Positions 15,001 to 30,000 of a DNA stretch of 64,000 nucleotides are shown one piece after another. The translations under genes and the position numbers were made by a program. Numbering within the stretch: the stretch's first letter is position 1; each line of letters opens with the position of its first letter. Below the pieces are notes generated by a model. The model was not told the origin of the DNA. It ran no database searches and saw only the letters and a list, made by a program, of their open reading frames with translations. The stretch is from Balanoglossus misakiensis. Its lineage: Eukaryota > Animalia > Hemichordata. Location: NCBI GenBank assembly GCA_040954595.2, contig CM082585.2, positions 386,814-450,813 on the forward strand, in the 5' to 3' direction.

Positions 15001-18000
15001 ATGTGACCATTCTTTGAATTCATTTGATGATGTAAGAAATTAAATTATTTGCAATATTAATCTATCCCTTACAACATTCCAGCATAACTCTTTCCATATT
15101 TGTTTTCATTCTGTGACTATTCCACTTAAATCTTGTAGAGAATTCGTTATTCCAAAACAAAACCTTGAAACTATACATAAGTCTTTTTAGTAAAACATGG
15201 CCCGTTATGTGACCATTCTTTGAATTTGATTTATGATGTAAGAAATTAAATTATTTGCAATATTAAACTATCTCTTACAACATTCCAGCATAACTCTTTC
15301 CATATTTGTTTTCATTCTGTGACTGTTCCACTTAAATCTTGTAGAGAATTCGTTATTCCAAAACAAAGCCTTGAAACTATAACATAAGTCTTTTTAGTAA
15401 AACATATCCTGTTATGTGACCATTCTTTGAATTCAATTTATGATGTAAGAAATTAAATTATTTGCAATATTAATCTATCCCTTACAACATTCCAGCATAA
15501 CTCTTTCCATATTTGTTTTCATTCTGTGACTATTCCACTTAAATCTTGTAGAGAATTCGTTATTCCAAAACAAAACCTTGAAACTATAAATAAGTCTTTT
15601 TAGTAAAACATGGCCCGTTATGTGACCATTCTTTGAATTTGATTTATGATGTAAGAAATTAAATTATTTGCAATATTAAACTATCTCTTACAACATTCCA
15701 GCATAACTCTTTCCATATTTGTTTTCATTCTGTGACTGTTCCACTTAAATCTTGTAGAGAATTCGTTATTCCAAAACAAAGCCTTGAAACTATAACATAA
15801 GTCTTTTTAGTAAAACATATCCTGTTTTGTGACCATTCTTTGAATTCAATTTATGATGTAAGAAATTAAATTATTTGCAATATTAATCTATCCCTTACAA
15901 CATTCCAGCATAACTCTTTCCATATTTGTTTTCATTCTGTGACTATTCCACTTAAATCTTGTAGAGAATTCGTTATTACAAAACAAAACCTTGAAACTAT
16001 ACATAAGTCTTTTTAGTAAAACATGGCCCGTTATGTGACCATTCTTTGAATTCCATTTATGATGTAAGAAATTAAATTATTTGCAATATTAATCTATCCC
16101 TTACAACATTTCAGCATAACTCTTTCCATATTTGTTTTCATTCTGTGACTTTTCCACTTAAATCTTGTAGAGAATTTGGTATTTCAACACAAATTCTTGA
16201 ACTTATACATATCCTGTTACGTGACCTTTCTTTGAATTCCATTTATGATGTCAGAAATTAAATTATTTGCAATATTAATCTATTCCTTACAACATTCCGG
16301 CATAACTCTTTCCATACTTGTTTTCATTCTGTGACTGTTCCACTTAAATCTTGTAGAGAATTCGTTATTCCAAAACAAAGCCTTGAAACTATAACATAAG
16401 TCTTTTTAGTAAAACATATCCTGTTATGTGACCATTCTTTGAATTCATTTTATGATGTAAGAAATTAAATTATTTGCAATATTAATCTATCCCTTACAAC
16501 ATTCCAGCATAACGCTTTCCATATTTATTTTCATTCTGTGACTGTTCCACTAAAATCTTGTAGAGAATTCGTTATTCCAAAACAAAGCCTTGAAACTATA
16601 ACATAAGTCTTTTTAGTAAAACATATCCTGTTATGTGACCATTCTTTGAATTCATTTTATGATGTAAGAAATTAAATTATTTGCAATATTAATCTATCCC
16701 TTACAACATTCCAGCATAACTCTGTCCATATTTGTTTTCATTCTGTGACTATTCCACTTAAATCTTGTAGAGAATTCGTTATTCCAAAACAAAACCTTGA
16801 AGCTATACATAAGTCTTTTTAGTAAAACATGGCCCGTTATGTGACCATTCTTTGAATTTCATTTATGATGTAAGAAATTAAATTATTTGCAATATTAAAC
16901 TATCCCTTACAACATTCCAGCATAACTATATGAATATTTGTTTTCATTCTGTAACTGTTCAACTTAAATCTTGGAGAGAATTCGTTATTCCAAACAAAGC
17001 CTTGAAACTATACATAAGTCTTTTTAGTAAAACATGGCCCGTTATTTGACCATTCTTTGAATTTCATTTATGATGTAAGAAATTAAATTATTTGCAATAT
17101 TAATCTATTCCTTACAACATTCCGGCATAACTCTTTCCATATTTGTTTTCATTCTGTGACTGTTCCACTTAAATCTTGTAGAGAATTCGTTATTCCAAAA
17201 CAAAGCCTTGAAACTATAACATAAGTCTTTTTAGTAAAACATATCCTGTTATGTGACCATTCTTTGAATTCATTTTATGATGTAAGAAATTAAATTATTT
17301 GCAATATTAATCTATCCCTTACAACATTCCAGCATAACGCTTTCCATATTTGTTTTCATTCTGTGACTGTTCCACTTAAATCTCGTAGAGAATTCGTTAT
17401 TCCAAAACAAAGCCTTCAAACTATACATATTAAGTCTTTTTAGTAAAACATGGCCCGTTATTTGACCATTCTTTGAATTTCATTTATGATGTAAGAAATT
17501 AAATTATTTGCAATATTAAACTATCCCTTACAACATTTCAGCATAACTATTTGAATATTTGTTTTCATTCTGTAACTGTTCAACTTAAATCTTGGAGAGA
17601 ATTCATTATTCCAAAACAAAGCCTTGAAACTATACATAAGTCTTTTTAGTAAAACATGGCCCGTTATGTGACCATTCTTTGAATTCCATTTATGATGTAA
17701 GAAATTAAATTATTTGCAATATTAATCTATCCCTTACAACATTCTGACATATCTCTTTCCATATTTGTTTTCATTCTGTGACTGTTCCACTTAAATCTTG
17801 TAGAGAATTTGGTATTTCAACACAAATTCTTGAACCTATACATAAGTCATTTTAGTAAAACATATCCATTTATGTGACCATTCTTTGAATTCCATTTATG
17901 ATGTAAGAAATAAAAATTTTATGCAATATTAATCTATCCCTTACAACATTTCAGCATAACTCTTTTCATATTTGTTTTCATTCTATGACTGTTCCACTTA

Positions 18001-21000
18001 AATCTTGTAGAGAATTCGTTACTCCAAAACAATGGCTTGAAACTATACATATCCTGTTACGTGACCTTTCTTTGAATTCCATTTATGATGTAAGAAATTA
18101 AATTATTTGCAATATTAATCTATTCCTTACAACATTCCGGCATAACTCTTTCCATATTTGTTTTCATTCTTTGACTGTTCCACTTAAATCTTTTGTAGAG
18201 AATTCGTTATTCCAAAACAAAGCCTTGAAACTATAACATAAGTCTTTTTAGTAAAATATATCCTGTTATGTGACCATTCTTTGAATTCATTTTATGATGT
18301 AAGAAATTAAATTATTTGCAATATTAATCTATCCCTTACAACATTCCAGCATAACTCTTTCCATATTTGTTTTCATTCTGTGACTATTCCACTTAAATCT
18401 TGTAGAGAATTCGTTATTCCAAAACAAAACCTTGAAACTATACATAAGTCTTTTTAGTAAAACATGGCCCGTTATGTGAACATTCTTTGAATTTCATTTA
18501 TGATGTAAGAAATTAAATTATTTGCAATATTAAACTATCCCTTACAACATTCCAGCATAACTATTTGAATATATGTTTTCATTCTGTAACTGTTCAACTT
18601 AAATCTTGGAGAGAATTCGTTATTCCAAACAAAGCCTTGAAACTATACACAAGTCTTTTTAGTAAAACATGGCCCGTTATGTGACCATTCTTTGAATTCC
18701 ATTTATGATGTAAGAAATTAAATTATTTGCAATATTAATCTATCCCTTACAACATTTCAGCATAACTCTTTCCATATTTGTTTTCATTCTGTGACTGTTC
18801 CACTTAAATCTTGTAGAGAATTTGGTATTTCAACACAAATTCTTGAAACTATACATAAGTCTTTTTAGTAAAACATGGCCCGTTATGTGACCATTCTTTG
18901 TATTCCATTTATGATGTAAGAAATTAAATTATTTGCAATATTAATCTATCCCTTACAACATTCTGACATATCTCTTTCCATATTTGTTTTCATTCTGTGA
19001 CTGTTCCACTTAAATCTTGTAGAGAATTTGGTATTTCAACACAATTTCTTGAACCTATACATAAGTCTTTTTAGTAAAACATATCCATTTATGTGACCAT
19101 TCTTTGAATTCCATTTATGATGTAAGAAATAAAAATTTTATGCAATATTAATCTATCCCTTACAACATTTCAGCATAACTCTTTCCATATTTGTTTTCAT
19201 TCTGTGACTGTTCCACTTAAATCTTGTAGAGAATTCGTTACTCCAAAACAATGGCTTGAAACTATACATATCCTGTTACGTGACCTTTCTTTGAATTCCA
19301 TTTATGATGTAAGAAATTAAATTATTTGCAATATTAATCTATTCCTTACAACATTCCGGCATAACTCTTTCCATATTTGTTTTCATTCTGTGACTGTTCC
19401 ACTTAAATCTTGTAGAGAATTCGTTATTCCAAAACAAAGCCTTGAAACTATAACATAAGTCTTTTTAGTAAAATATATCCTGTTATGTGACCATTCTTTG
19501 AATTCATTTTATGATGTAAGAAATTAAATTATTTGCAATATTAATCTATCCCTTACAACATTCCAGCATAACTCTTTCCATATTTGTTTTCATTCTGTGA
19601 CTATTCCACTTAAATCTTGTAGAGAATTCGTTATTCCAAAACAAAGCCTTGAAACTATACACAAGTCTTTTTAGTAAAACATGGCCCGTTATGTGACCAT
19701 TCTTTGAATTCCATTGATGATGTAAGAAATTAAATTATTTGCAATATTAATCTATCCCTTACAACATTTCAGCATAACTCTTTCCATATTTGTTTTCATT
19801 CTGTGACTGTTCCACTTAAATCTTGTAGAGAATTTGGTATTTCAACACAAATTCTTGAAACTATACATAAGTCTTTTTAGTAAAACATATCCAGTTATGT
19901 GACCATTCTTTGAATTCCATTTATGATGTAAGAAATTAAATTATTTGCAATATTAATCTATCCCTTACAACATTTCAGCATAACTCTTTCCATATTTGTT
20001 TTCATTCTGTGACTGTTCCACTTAAATCTTGTAGAGAATTTGGTATTTCAACACAAATTCTTGAAACTATACTACGAATTCCATTTATGATGTAAGAAAT
20101 TAAATTATTTGCAACTTTAATCTATTCCTTACAACATTCCGGCATAACTCTTTCCATATTTGTTTTCATTCTGTGACTGTTCCACTTAAATCTTGTAGAG
20201 AATTCGTTATTCCAAAACAAAGCCTTCAAACTATACATATTAAGTCTTTTTAGTAAAACATGGCCCGTTATTTGACCATTCTTTGAATTTCATTTATGAT
20301 GTAAGAAATTAAATTATTTGCAATATTAAACTATCCCTTACAACATTTCAGCATAACTATTTGAATATTTGTTTTCATTCTGTAACTGTTCAACTTAAAT
20401 CTTGGAGATAATTCATTATTCCAAAACAAAGCCTTGAAACTATACATAAGTCTTTTTAGTAAAACATGGCCCGTTATGTGACCATTCTTTGAATTCCATT
20501 TATGATGTAAGAAATTAAATTATTTGCAATATTAATCTATCCCTTACAACATTCTGACATATCTCTTTCCATATTTGTTTTCATTCTGTGACTGTTCCAC
20601 TTAAATCTTGTAGAGAATTTGGTATTTCAACACAAATTCTTGAACCTATACATAAGTCTTTTTAGTAAAACATATCCAGTTATGTGACCATTCTTTGAAT
20701 TCCATTTATGATGTAAGAAATAAAAATTTTATGCAATATTAATCTATCCCTTACAACATTTCAGCATAACTCTTTCCATATTTGTTTTCATTCTGTGACT
20801 GTTCCACTTAAATCTTGTAGAGAATTCGTTACTCCAAAACAAAGGCTTGAAACTATACATATCCTGTTACGTGACCTTTCTTTGAATTCCATTTATGATG
20901 TAAGAAATTAAATTATTTGCAATATTAATCTATTCCTTACAACATTCCGGCATAACTCTTTCCATATTTGTTTTCATTCTGTGACTGTTCCACTTAAATC

Positions 21001-24000
21001 TTGTAGAGAATTCGTTATTCCAAAACAAAGCCTTGAAACTATAACATAAGTCTTTTTAGTAAAATATATCCTGTTATGTGACCATTCTTTGAATTCATTT
21101 TATGATGTAAGAAATTAAATTATTTGCAATATTAATCTATCCCTTACAACATTCCAGCATAACTCTTTCCATATTTGTTTTCATTCTGTGACTATTCCAC
21201 TTAAATCTTGTAGAGAATTCGTTATTCCAAAACAAAACCTTGAAACTATACATAAGTCTTTTTAGTAAAACATGGCCCGTTATGTGACCATTCTTTGAAT
21301 TTCATTTATGATGTAAGAAATTAAATTATTTGCAATATTAAACTATCCCTTACAACATTCCAGCATAACTATTTGAATATTTGTTTTCATTCTGTAACTG
21401 TTCAACTTAAATCTTGGAGAGAATTCATTATTCCAAAACAAAGCCTTGAAACTATACATAAGTCTTTTTAGTAAAACATGGCCCGTTATGTGACCATTCT
21501 TTGAATTCCATTTATGATGTAAGAAATTAAATTATTTGCAATATTAATCTATCCCTTACAACATTCTGACATATCTCTTTCCATATTTGTTTTCATTCTG
21601 TGACTGTTCCACTTAAATCTTGTAGAGAATTTGGTATTTCAACACAAATTCTTGAACCTATACATAAGTCTTTTTAGTAAAACATATCCATTTATGTGAC
21701 CATTCTTTGAATTCCATTTATGATGTAAGAAATAAAAATTTTATGCAATATTAATCTATCCCTTACAACATTTCAGCATAACTCTTTCCATATTTGTTTT
21801 CATTCTATGACTGTTCCACTTAAATCTTGTAGAGAATTCGTTACTCCAAAACAATGGCTTGAAACTATACATATCCTGTTACGTGACCTTTCTTTGAATT
21901 CCATTTATGATGTAAGAAATTAAATTATTTGCAATATTAATCTATTCCTTACAACATTCCGGCATAACTCTTTCCATATTTGTTTTCATTCTGTGACTGT
22001 TCCACTTAAATCTTGTAGAGAATTCGTTATTCCAAAACAAAGGCTTGAAACTATACATATCCTGTTACGTGACCTTTCTTTGAATTCCATTTATGGTGTA
22101 AGAAATTAAATTATTTGCAATATTAAACTATCCCTTACAACATTCCAGCATAACTATTTGAATATTTGTTTTCATTCTGTAACTGTTCAACTTAAATCTT
22201 GGAGAGAATTCGTTATTCCAAACAAAGCCTTGAAACTATACATAAGTCTTTTTAGTAAAACATGGCCCGTTATGTGACCATTCTTTGATTTCCATTTATG
22301 ATGTAAGAAATTAAATTATTTGCAATATTAATCTATCCCTTACAACATTCCGACATAACTCTTTCCATATTTGTTTTCATTCTGTGACTGTTCCACTTAA
22401 ATCTTGTAGAGAATTTGGTATTTCAACACAAATTCTTGAACCTATACATAAGTCTTTTTAGTAAAACATATCCAGTTATGTGACCATTCTTTGAATTCCA
22501 TTTATGATGTAAGAAATAAAAATTTTATGCAATATTAATCTATCCCTTACAACATTTCAGCATAACTCTTTCCATATTTGTTTTCATTCTGTGACTGTTC
22601 CACTTAAATCTTGTAGAGAATTCGTTATTCCAAAACAAAGCCTTGAAACTATAACATAAGTCTTTTTAGTAAAATATATCCTGTTATGTGACCATTCTTT
22701 GAATTCATTTTATGATGTAAGAAATTAAATTATTTGCAATATTAATCTATCCCTTACAACATTCCAGCATAACTCTTTCCATATTTGTTTTCATTCTGTG
22801 ACTATTCCACTTAAATCTTGTAGAGAATTCGTTATTCCTAAACAAAACCTTGAAACTATACATAAGTCTTTTTAGTAAAACATGGCCCGTTATGTGAACA
22901 TTCTTTGAATTTCATTTATGATGTAAGAAATTAAATTATTTGCAATATTAAACTATCCCTTACAACATTCCAGCATAACTATTTGAATATATGTTTTCAT
23001 TCTGTAACTGTTCAACTTAAATCTTGGAGAGAATTCGTTATTCCAAACAAAGCCTTGAAACTATACACAAGTCTTTTTAGTAAAACATGGCCCGTTATGT
23101 GACCATTCTTTGAATTCCATTTATGATGTAAGAAATTAAATTATTTGCAATATTAATCTATCCCTTACAACATTTCAGCATAACTCTTTCCATATTTGTT
23201 TTCATTCTGTGACTGTTCCACTTAAATCTTGTAGAGAATTTGGTATTTCAACACAAATTCTTGAAACTATACATAAGTCTTTTTAGTAAAACATATCCAG
23301 TTATGTGACCATTCTTTGAATTCCATTTATGATGTAAGAAATTAAATTTTATGCAATATTAATCTATCCCTTACAACATTTCAGCATAACTCTTTCCATA
23401 TTTGTTTTCATTCTGTGACTGTTCCACTTAAATCTTGTAGAGAATTCGTTACTCCAAAACAAAGGCTTGAAACTATACATATCCTGTTACGTGACCTTTC
23501 TTCGAATTCCATTTATGATGTAAGAAATTAAATTATTTGCAACTTTAATCTATTCCTTACAACATTCCGGCATAACTCTTTCCATATTTGTTTTCATTCT
23601 GTGACTGTTCCACTTAAATCTTGTAGAGAATTCGTTATTCCAAAACAAAGCCTTGAAACTATAACATAAGTCTTTTTAGTAAAACATATCGTGTTATGTG
23701 ACCATTCTTTGAATTCATTTTATGATGTAAGAAATTAAATTATTTGCAATATTAATCTATCCCTTACAACATTCCAGCATAACGCTTTCCATATTTGTTT
23801 TCATTCTGTGACTGTTCCACTTAAATCTTGTAGAGAATTCGTTATTCCAAAACAAAGCCTTCAAACTATACATATTAAGTCTTTTTAGTAAAACATGGCT
23901 TGTTATTTGACCATTCTTTGAATTTCATTTATGATGTAAGAAATTAAATTATTTGCAATATTAAACTATCCCTTACAACATTTCAGCATAACTATTTGAA

Positions 24001-27000
24001 TATTTGTTTTCATTCTGTAACTGTTCAACTTAAATCTTGGAGAGAATTCATTATTCCAAAACAAAGCCTTGAAACTATACATAAGTCTTTTTAGTAAAAC
24101 ATGGCCCGTTATGTGACCATTCTTTGAATTCCATTTATGATGTAAGAAATTAAATTATTTGCAATATTAATCTATCCCTTACAACATTTCAGCATAACTC
24201 TTTCCATATTTGTTTTCATTCTGTGACTGTTCCACTTAAATCTTGTAGAGAATTCGTTACTTCAAAACAAAGGCTTGAAACTATACATATCCTGTTACGT
24301 GACCTTTCTTCGAATTCCATTTATGATGTAAGAAATTAAATTATTTGCAATATTAATCTATCCCTTACAACATTCCGACATAACTCTTTCCATATTTGTT
24401 TTCATTCTGTGACTGTTCCACTTAAATCTTGTAGAGAATTCGTTATTCCAAAACAAAGGCTTGAAACTATACATATCCTGTTACGTGACCTTTCTTTGAA
24501 TTCCATTTATGGTGTAAGAAATTAAATTATTTGCAATATTAAACTATCCCTTACAACATTCCAGCATAACTATTTGAATATTTGTTTTCATTCTGTAACT
24601 GTTCAACTTAAATCTTGGAGAGAATTCGTTATTCCAAACAAAGCCTTGAAACTATACATAAGTCTTTTTAGTAAAACATGGCCCGTTATGTGACCATTCT
24701 TTGATTTCCATTTATGATGTAAGAAATTAAATTATTTGCAATATTAATCTATCCCTTACAACATTCCGACATAACTCTTTCCATATTTGTTTTCATTCTG
24801 TGACTGTTCCACTTAAATCTTGTAGAGAATTTGGTATTTCAACACAAATTCTTGAACCTATACATAAGTCTTTTTAGTAAAACATATCCAGTTATGTGAC
24901 CATTCTTTGAATTCCATTTATGATGTAAGAAATAAAAATTTTATGCAATATTAATCTATCCCTTACAACATTTCAGCATAACTCTTTCCATATTTGTTTT
25001 CATTCTGTGACTGTTCCACTTAAATCTTGTAGAGAATTCGTTATTCCAAAACAAAGCCTTGAAACTATAACATAAGTCTTTTTAGTAAAATATATCCTGT
25101 TATGTGACCATTCTTTGAATTCATTTTATGATGTAAGAAATTAAATTATTTGCAATATTAATCTATCCCTTACAACATTCCAGCATAACTCTTTCCATAT
25201 TTGTTTTCATTCTGTGACTATTCCACTTAAATCTTGTAGAGAATTCGTTATTCCTAAACAAAACCTTGAAACTATACATAAGTCTTTTTAGTAAAACATG
25301 GCCCGTTATGTGAACATTCTTTGAATTTCATTTATGATGTAAGAAATTAAATTATTTGCAATATTAAACTATCCCTTACAACATTCCAGCATAACTATTT
25401 GAATATATGTTTTCATTCTGTAACTGTTCAACTTAAATCTTGGAGAGAATTCGTTATTCCAAACAAAGCCTTGAAACTATACACAAGTCTTTTTAGTAAA
25501 ACATGGCCCGTTATGTGACCATTCTTTGAATTCCATTTATGATGTAAGAAATTAAATTATTTGCAATATTAATCTATCCCTTACAACATTTCAGCATAAC
25601 TCTTTCCATATTTGTTTTCATTCTGTGACTGTTCCACTTAAATCTTGTAGAGAATTTGGTATTTCAACACAAATTCTTGAAACTATACATAAGTCTTTTT
25701 AGTAAAACATATCCAGTTATGTGACCATTCTTTGAATTCCATTTATGATGTAAGAAATTAAATTTTATGCAATATTAATCTATCCCTTACAACATTTCAG
25801 CATAACTCTTTCCATATTTGTTTTCATTCTGTGACTGTTCCACTTAAATCTTGTAGAGAATTCGTTACTCCAAAACAAAGGCTTGAAACTATACATATCC
25901 TGTTACGTGACCTTTCTTCGAATTCCATTTATGATGTAAGAAATTAAATTATTTGCAACTTTAATCTATTCCTTACAACATTCCGGCATAACTCTTTCCA
26001 TATTTGTTTTCATTCTGTGACTGTTCCACTTAAATCTTGTAGAGAATTCGTTATTCCAAAACAAAGCCTTGAAACTATAACATAAGTCTTTTTAGTAAAA
26101 CATATCGTGTTATGTGACCATTCTTTGAATTCATTTTATGATGTAAGAAATTAAATTATTTGCAATATTAATCTATCCCTTACAACATTCCAGCATAACG
26201 CTTTCCATATTTGTTTTCATTCTGTGACTGTTCCACTTAAATCTTGTAGAGAATTCGTTATTCCAAAACAAAGCCTTCAAACTATACATATTAAGTCTTT
26301 TTAGTAAAACATGGCTTGTTATTTGACCATTCTTTGAATTTCATTTATGATGTAAGAAATTAAATTATTTGCAATATTAAACTATCCCTTACAACATTTC
26401 AGCATAACTATTTGAATATTTGTTTTCATTCTGTAACTGTTCAACTTAAATCTTGGAGAGAATTCATTATTCCAAAACAAAGCCTTGAAACTATACATAA
26501 GTCTTTTTAGTAAAACATGGCCCGTTATGTGACCATTCTTTGAATTCCATTTATGATGTAAGAAATTAAATTATTTGCAATATTAATCTATCCCTTACAA
26601 CATTTCAGCATAACTCTTTCCATATTTGTTTTCATTCTGTGACTGTTCCACTTAAATCTTGTAGAGAATTCGTTACTTCAAAACAAAGGCTTGAAACTAT
26701 ACATATCCTGTTACGTGACCTTTCTTCGAATTCCATTTATGATGTAAGAAATTAAATTATTTGCAATTTTAATCTATTCCTTACAACATTCCGGCATAAC
26801 TCTTTCCATATTTGTTTTCATTCTGTGACTGTTCCACTTAAATCTTGTAGAGAATTCGTTATTCCAAAACAAAGCCTTGAAACTATACATAAGTCTTTTT
26901 GTAAAACATGGCCCGTTATGTGACCATTCTTTGAATTCCATTTATGATGTAAGAAATTAAATTATTTGCAATATTAATCTATCCCTTACAACATTCCAGC

Positions 27001-30000
27001 ATAACTCTTTCCATATTTGTTTTCATTCTGTGACTATTCCACTTAAATCTTGTAGAGAATTCGTTATTCCAAAACAAAACCTTGAAACTATACATAAGTC
27101 TTTTTAGTAAAACATGGCCCGTTATGTGACCATTCTTTGAATTTCATTTATGATGTAAGAAATTAAATTATTTGCAATATTAAACTATCCCTTACAACAT
27201 TCCAGCATAACTATTTGAATATTTGTTTTCATTCTGTAACTGTTCAACTTAAATCTTGGAGAGAATTCGTTATTCCAAACAAAGCCTTGAAACTATACAT
27301 AAGTCTTTTTAGTAAAACATGGCCCGTTATGTGAGCATTCTTTGAAATCCATTTATGATGTAAGAAATTAAATTATTTGCAATATTAATCTATCCCTTGC
27401 AACATTTCAGCATAACTCTTTCCATATTTGTTTTCATTCTGTGACTGTTCCACTTAAATCTTGTAGAGAATTCGTTACTTCAAAACAAAGGCTTGAAACT
27501 ATACATATCCTGTTACGTGACCTTTCTTCGAATTCCATTTATGATGTAAGAAATTAAATTATTTGCAATTTTAATCTATTCCTTACAACATTCCGGCATA
27601 ACTCTTTCCATATTTGTTTTCATTCTGTGACTGTTCCACTTAAATCTTGTAGAGAATTCGTTATTCCAAAACAAAGCCTTGAAACTATACATAAGTCTTT
27701 TTGTAAAACATGGCCCGTTATGTGACCATTCTTTGAATTCCATTTATGATGTAAGAAATTAAATTATTTGCAATAATTATCTATCCCTTACAACATTCCG
27801 GCATAACTCTTTCCATATTTGTTTTCATTCTGTGACTGTTCCACTTAAATCTTGTAGAGAATTCGTTATTCCAAAACAAAGCCTTGAAACTATAACATAA
27901 GTCTTTTTAGTAAAATATATCCTGTTATGTGACCATTCTTTGAATTCATTTTATGATGTAAGAAATTAAATTATTTGCAATATTAATCTATCCCTTACAA
28001 CATTCCAGCATAACTCTTTCCATATTTGTTTTCATTCTGTGACTATTCCACTTAAATCTTGTAGAGAATTCGTTATTCCAAAACAAAACCTTGAAACTAT
28101 ACATAAGTCTTTTTAGTAAAACATCGCCCGTTATGTGACCATTCTTTGAATTTCATTTATGATGTAAGAAATTAAATTATTTGCAATATTAAACTATCCC
28201 TTACAACATTCCAGCATAACTATTTGAATATTTGTTTTCATTCTGTAACTGTTCAACTTAAATCTTGGAGAGAATTCGTTATTCCAAACAAAGCCTTGAA
28301 ACTATACATAAGTCTTTTTAGTAAAACATGGCCCGTTATGTGACCATTCTTTGAATTCCATTTATGATGTAAGAAATTAAATTATTTGCAATATTAATCT
28401 ATCCCTTACAACATTTCAGCATAACTCTTTCCATATTTGTTTTCATTCTGTGACTGTTCCACTTAAATCTTGTAGAGAATTCGTTACTTCAAAACAAAGG
28501 CTTGAAACTATACATATCCTGTTACGTGACCTTTCTTCGAATTCCATTTATAATGTAAGAAATTAAATTATTTGCAATTTTAATCTATTCCTTACAACAT
28601 TCCGGCATAACTCTTTCCATATTTGTTTTCATTCTGTGACTGTTCCACTTAAATCTTGTAGAGAATTCGTTATTCCAAAACAAAGCCTTGAAACTATACA
28701 TAAGTCTTTTTGTAAAACATGGCCCGTTATGTGACCATTCTTTGAATTCCATTTATGATGTAAGAAATTAAATTATTTGCAATATTAATCTATCCCTTAC
28801 AACATTCCAGCATAACTCTTTCCATATTTGTTTTCATTCTGTGACTATTCCACTTAAATCTTGTAGAGAATTCGTTATTCCAAAACAAAACCTTGAAACT
28901 ATACATAAGTCTTTTTAGTAAAACATGGCCCGTTATGTGACCATTCTTTGAATTTCATTTATGATGTAAGAAATTAAATTATTTGCAATATTAAACTATC
29001 CCTTACAACATTCCAGCATAACTATTTGAATATTTGTTTTCATTCTGTAACTGTTCAACTTAAATCTTGGAGAGAATTCGTTATTCCAAACAAAGCCTTG
29101 AAACTATACATAAGTCTTTTTAGTAAAACATGGCCCGTTATGTGACCATTCTTTGAATTCCATTTATGATGTAAGAAATTAAATTATTTGCAATATTAAT
29201 CTATCCCTTACAACATTTCAGCATAACTCTTTCCATATTTGTTTTCATTCTGTGACTGTTCCACTTAAATCTTGTAGAGAATTCGTTACTTCAAAACAAA
29301 GGCTTGAAACTATACATATCCTGTTACGTGACCTTTCTTCGAATTCCATTTATGATGTAAGAAATTAAATTATTTGCAATTTTAATCTATTCCTTACAAC
29401 ATTCCGGCATAACTCTTTCCATATTTGTTTTCATTCTGTGACTGTTCCACTTAAATCTTGTAGAGAATTCGTTATTCCAAAACAAAGCCTTGAAACTATA
29501 CATAAGTCTTTTTGTAAAACATGGCCCGTTATGTGACAATTCTTTGAATTCCATTTATGATGTAAGAAATTAAATTATTTGCAATAATTATCTATCCCTT
29601 ACAACATTCCGGCATAACGCTTTCCATATTTGTTTTCATTCTGTGACTGTTCCACTTAAATCTTGTAGAGAATTCGTTATTCCAAAACAAAGCCTTCAAC
29701 TATACATATTAAGTCTTTTTAGTAAAACATGGCCCGTTATGTGACCATTCTTTGAATTTCATTTATGATGTAAGAAATTAAATTATTTGCAATATTAAAC
29801 TATCCCTTACAACATTCCAGCATAACTATTTGAATATTTGTTTTCATTCTGTAACTGTTCAACTTAAATCTTGGAGAGAATTCGTTATTCCAAACAAAGC
29901 CTTGAAACTATACATAAGTCTTTTAAGTAAAACATGGCCCGTTATGTGACCATTCTTTGAATTCCATTTATGATGTAAGAAATTAAATTATTTGCAATAT

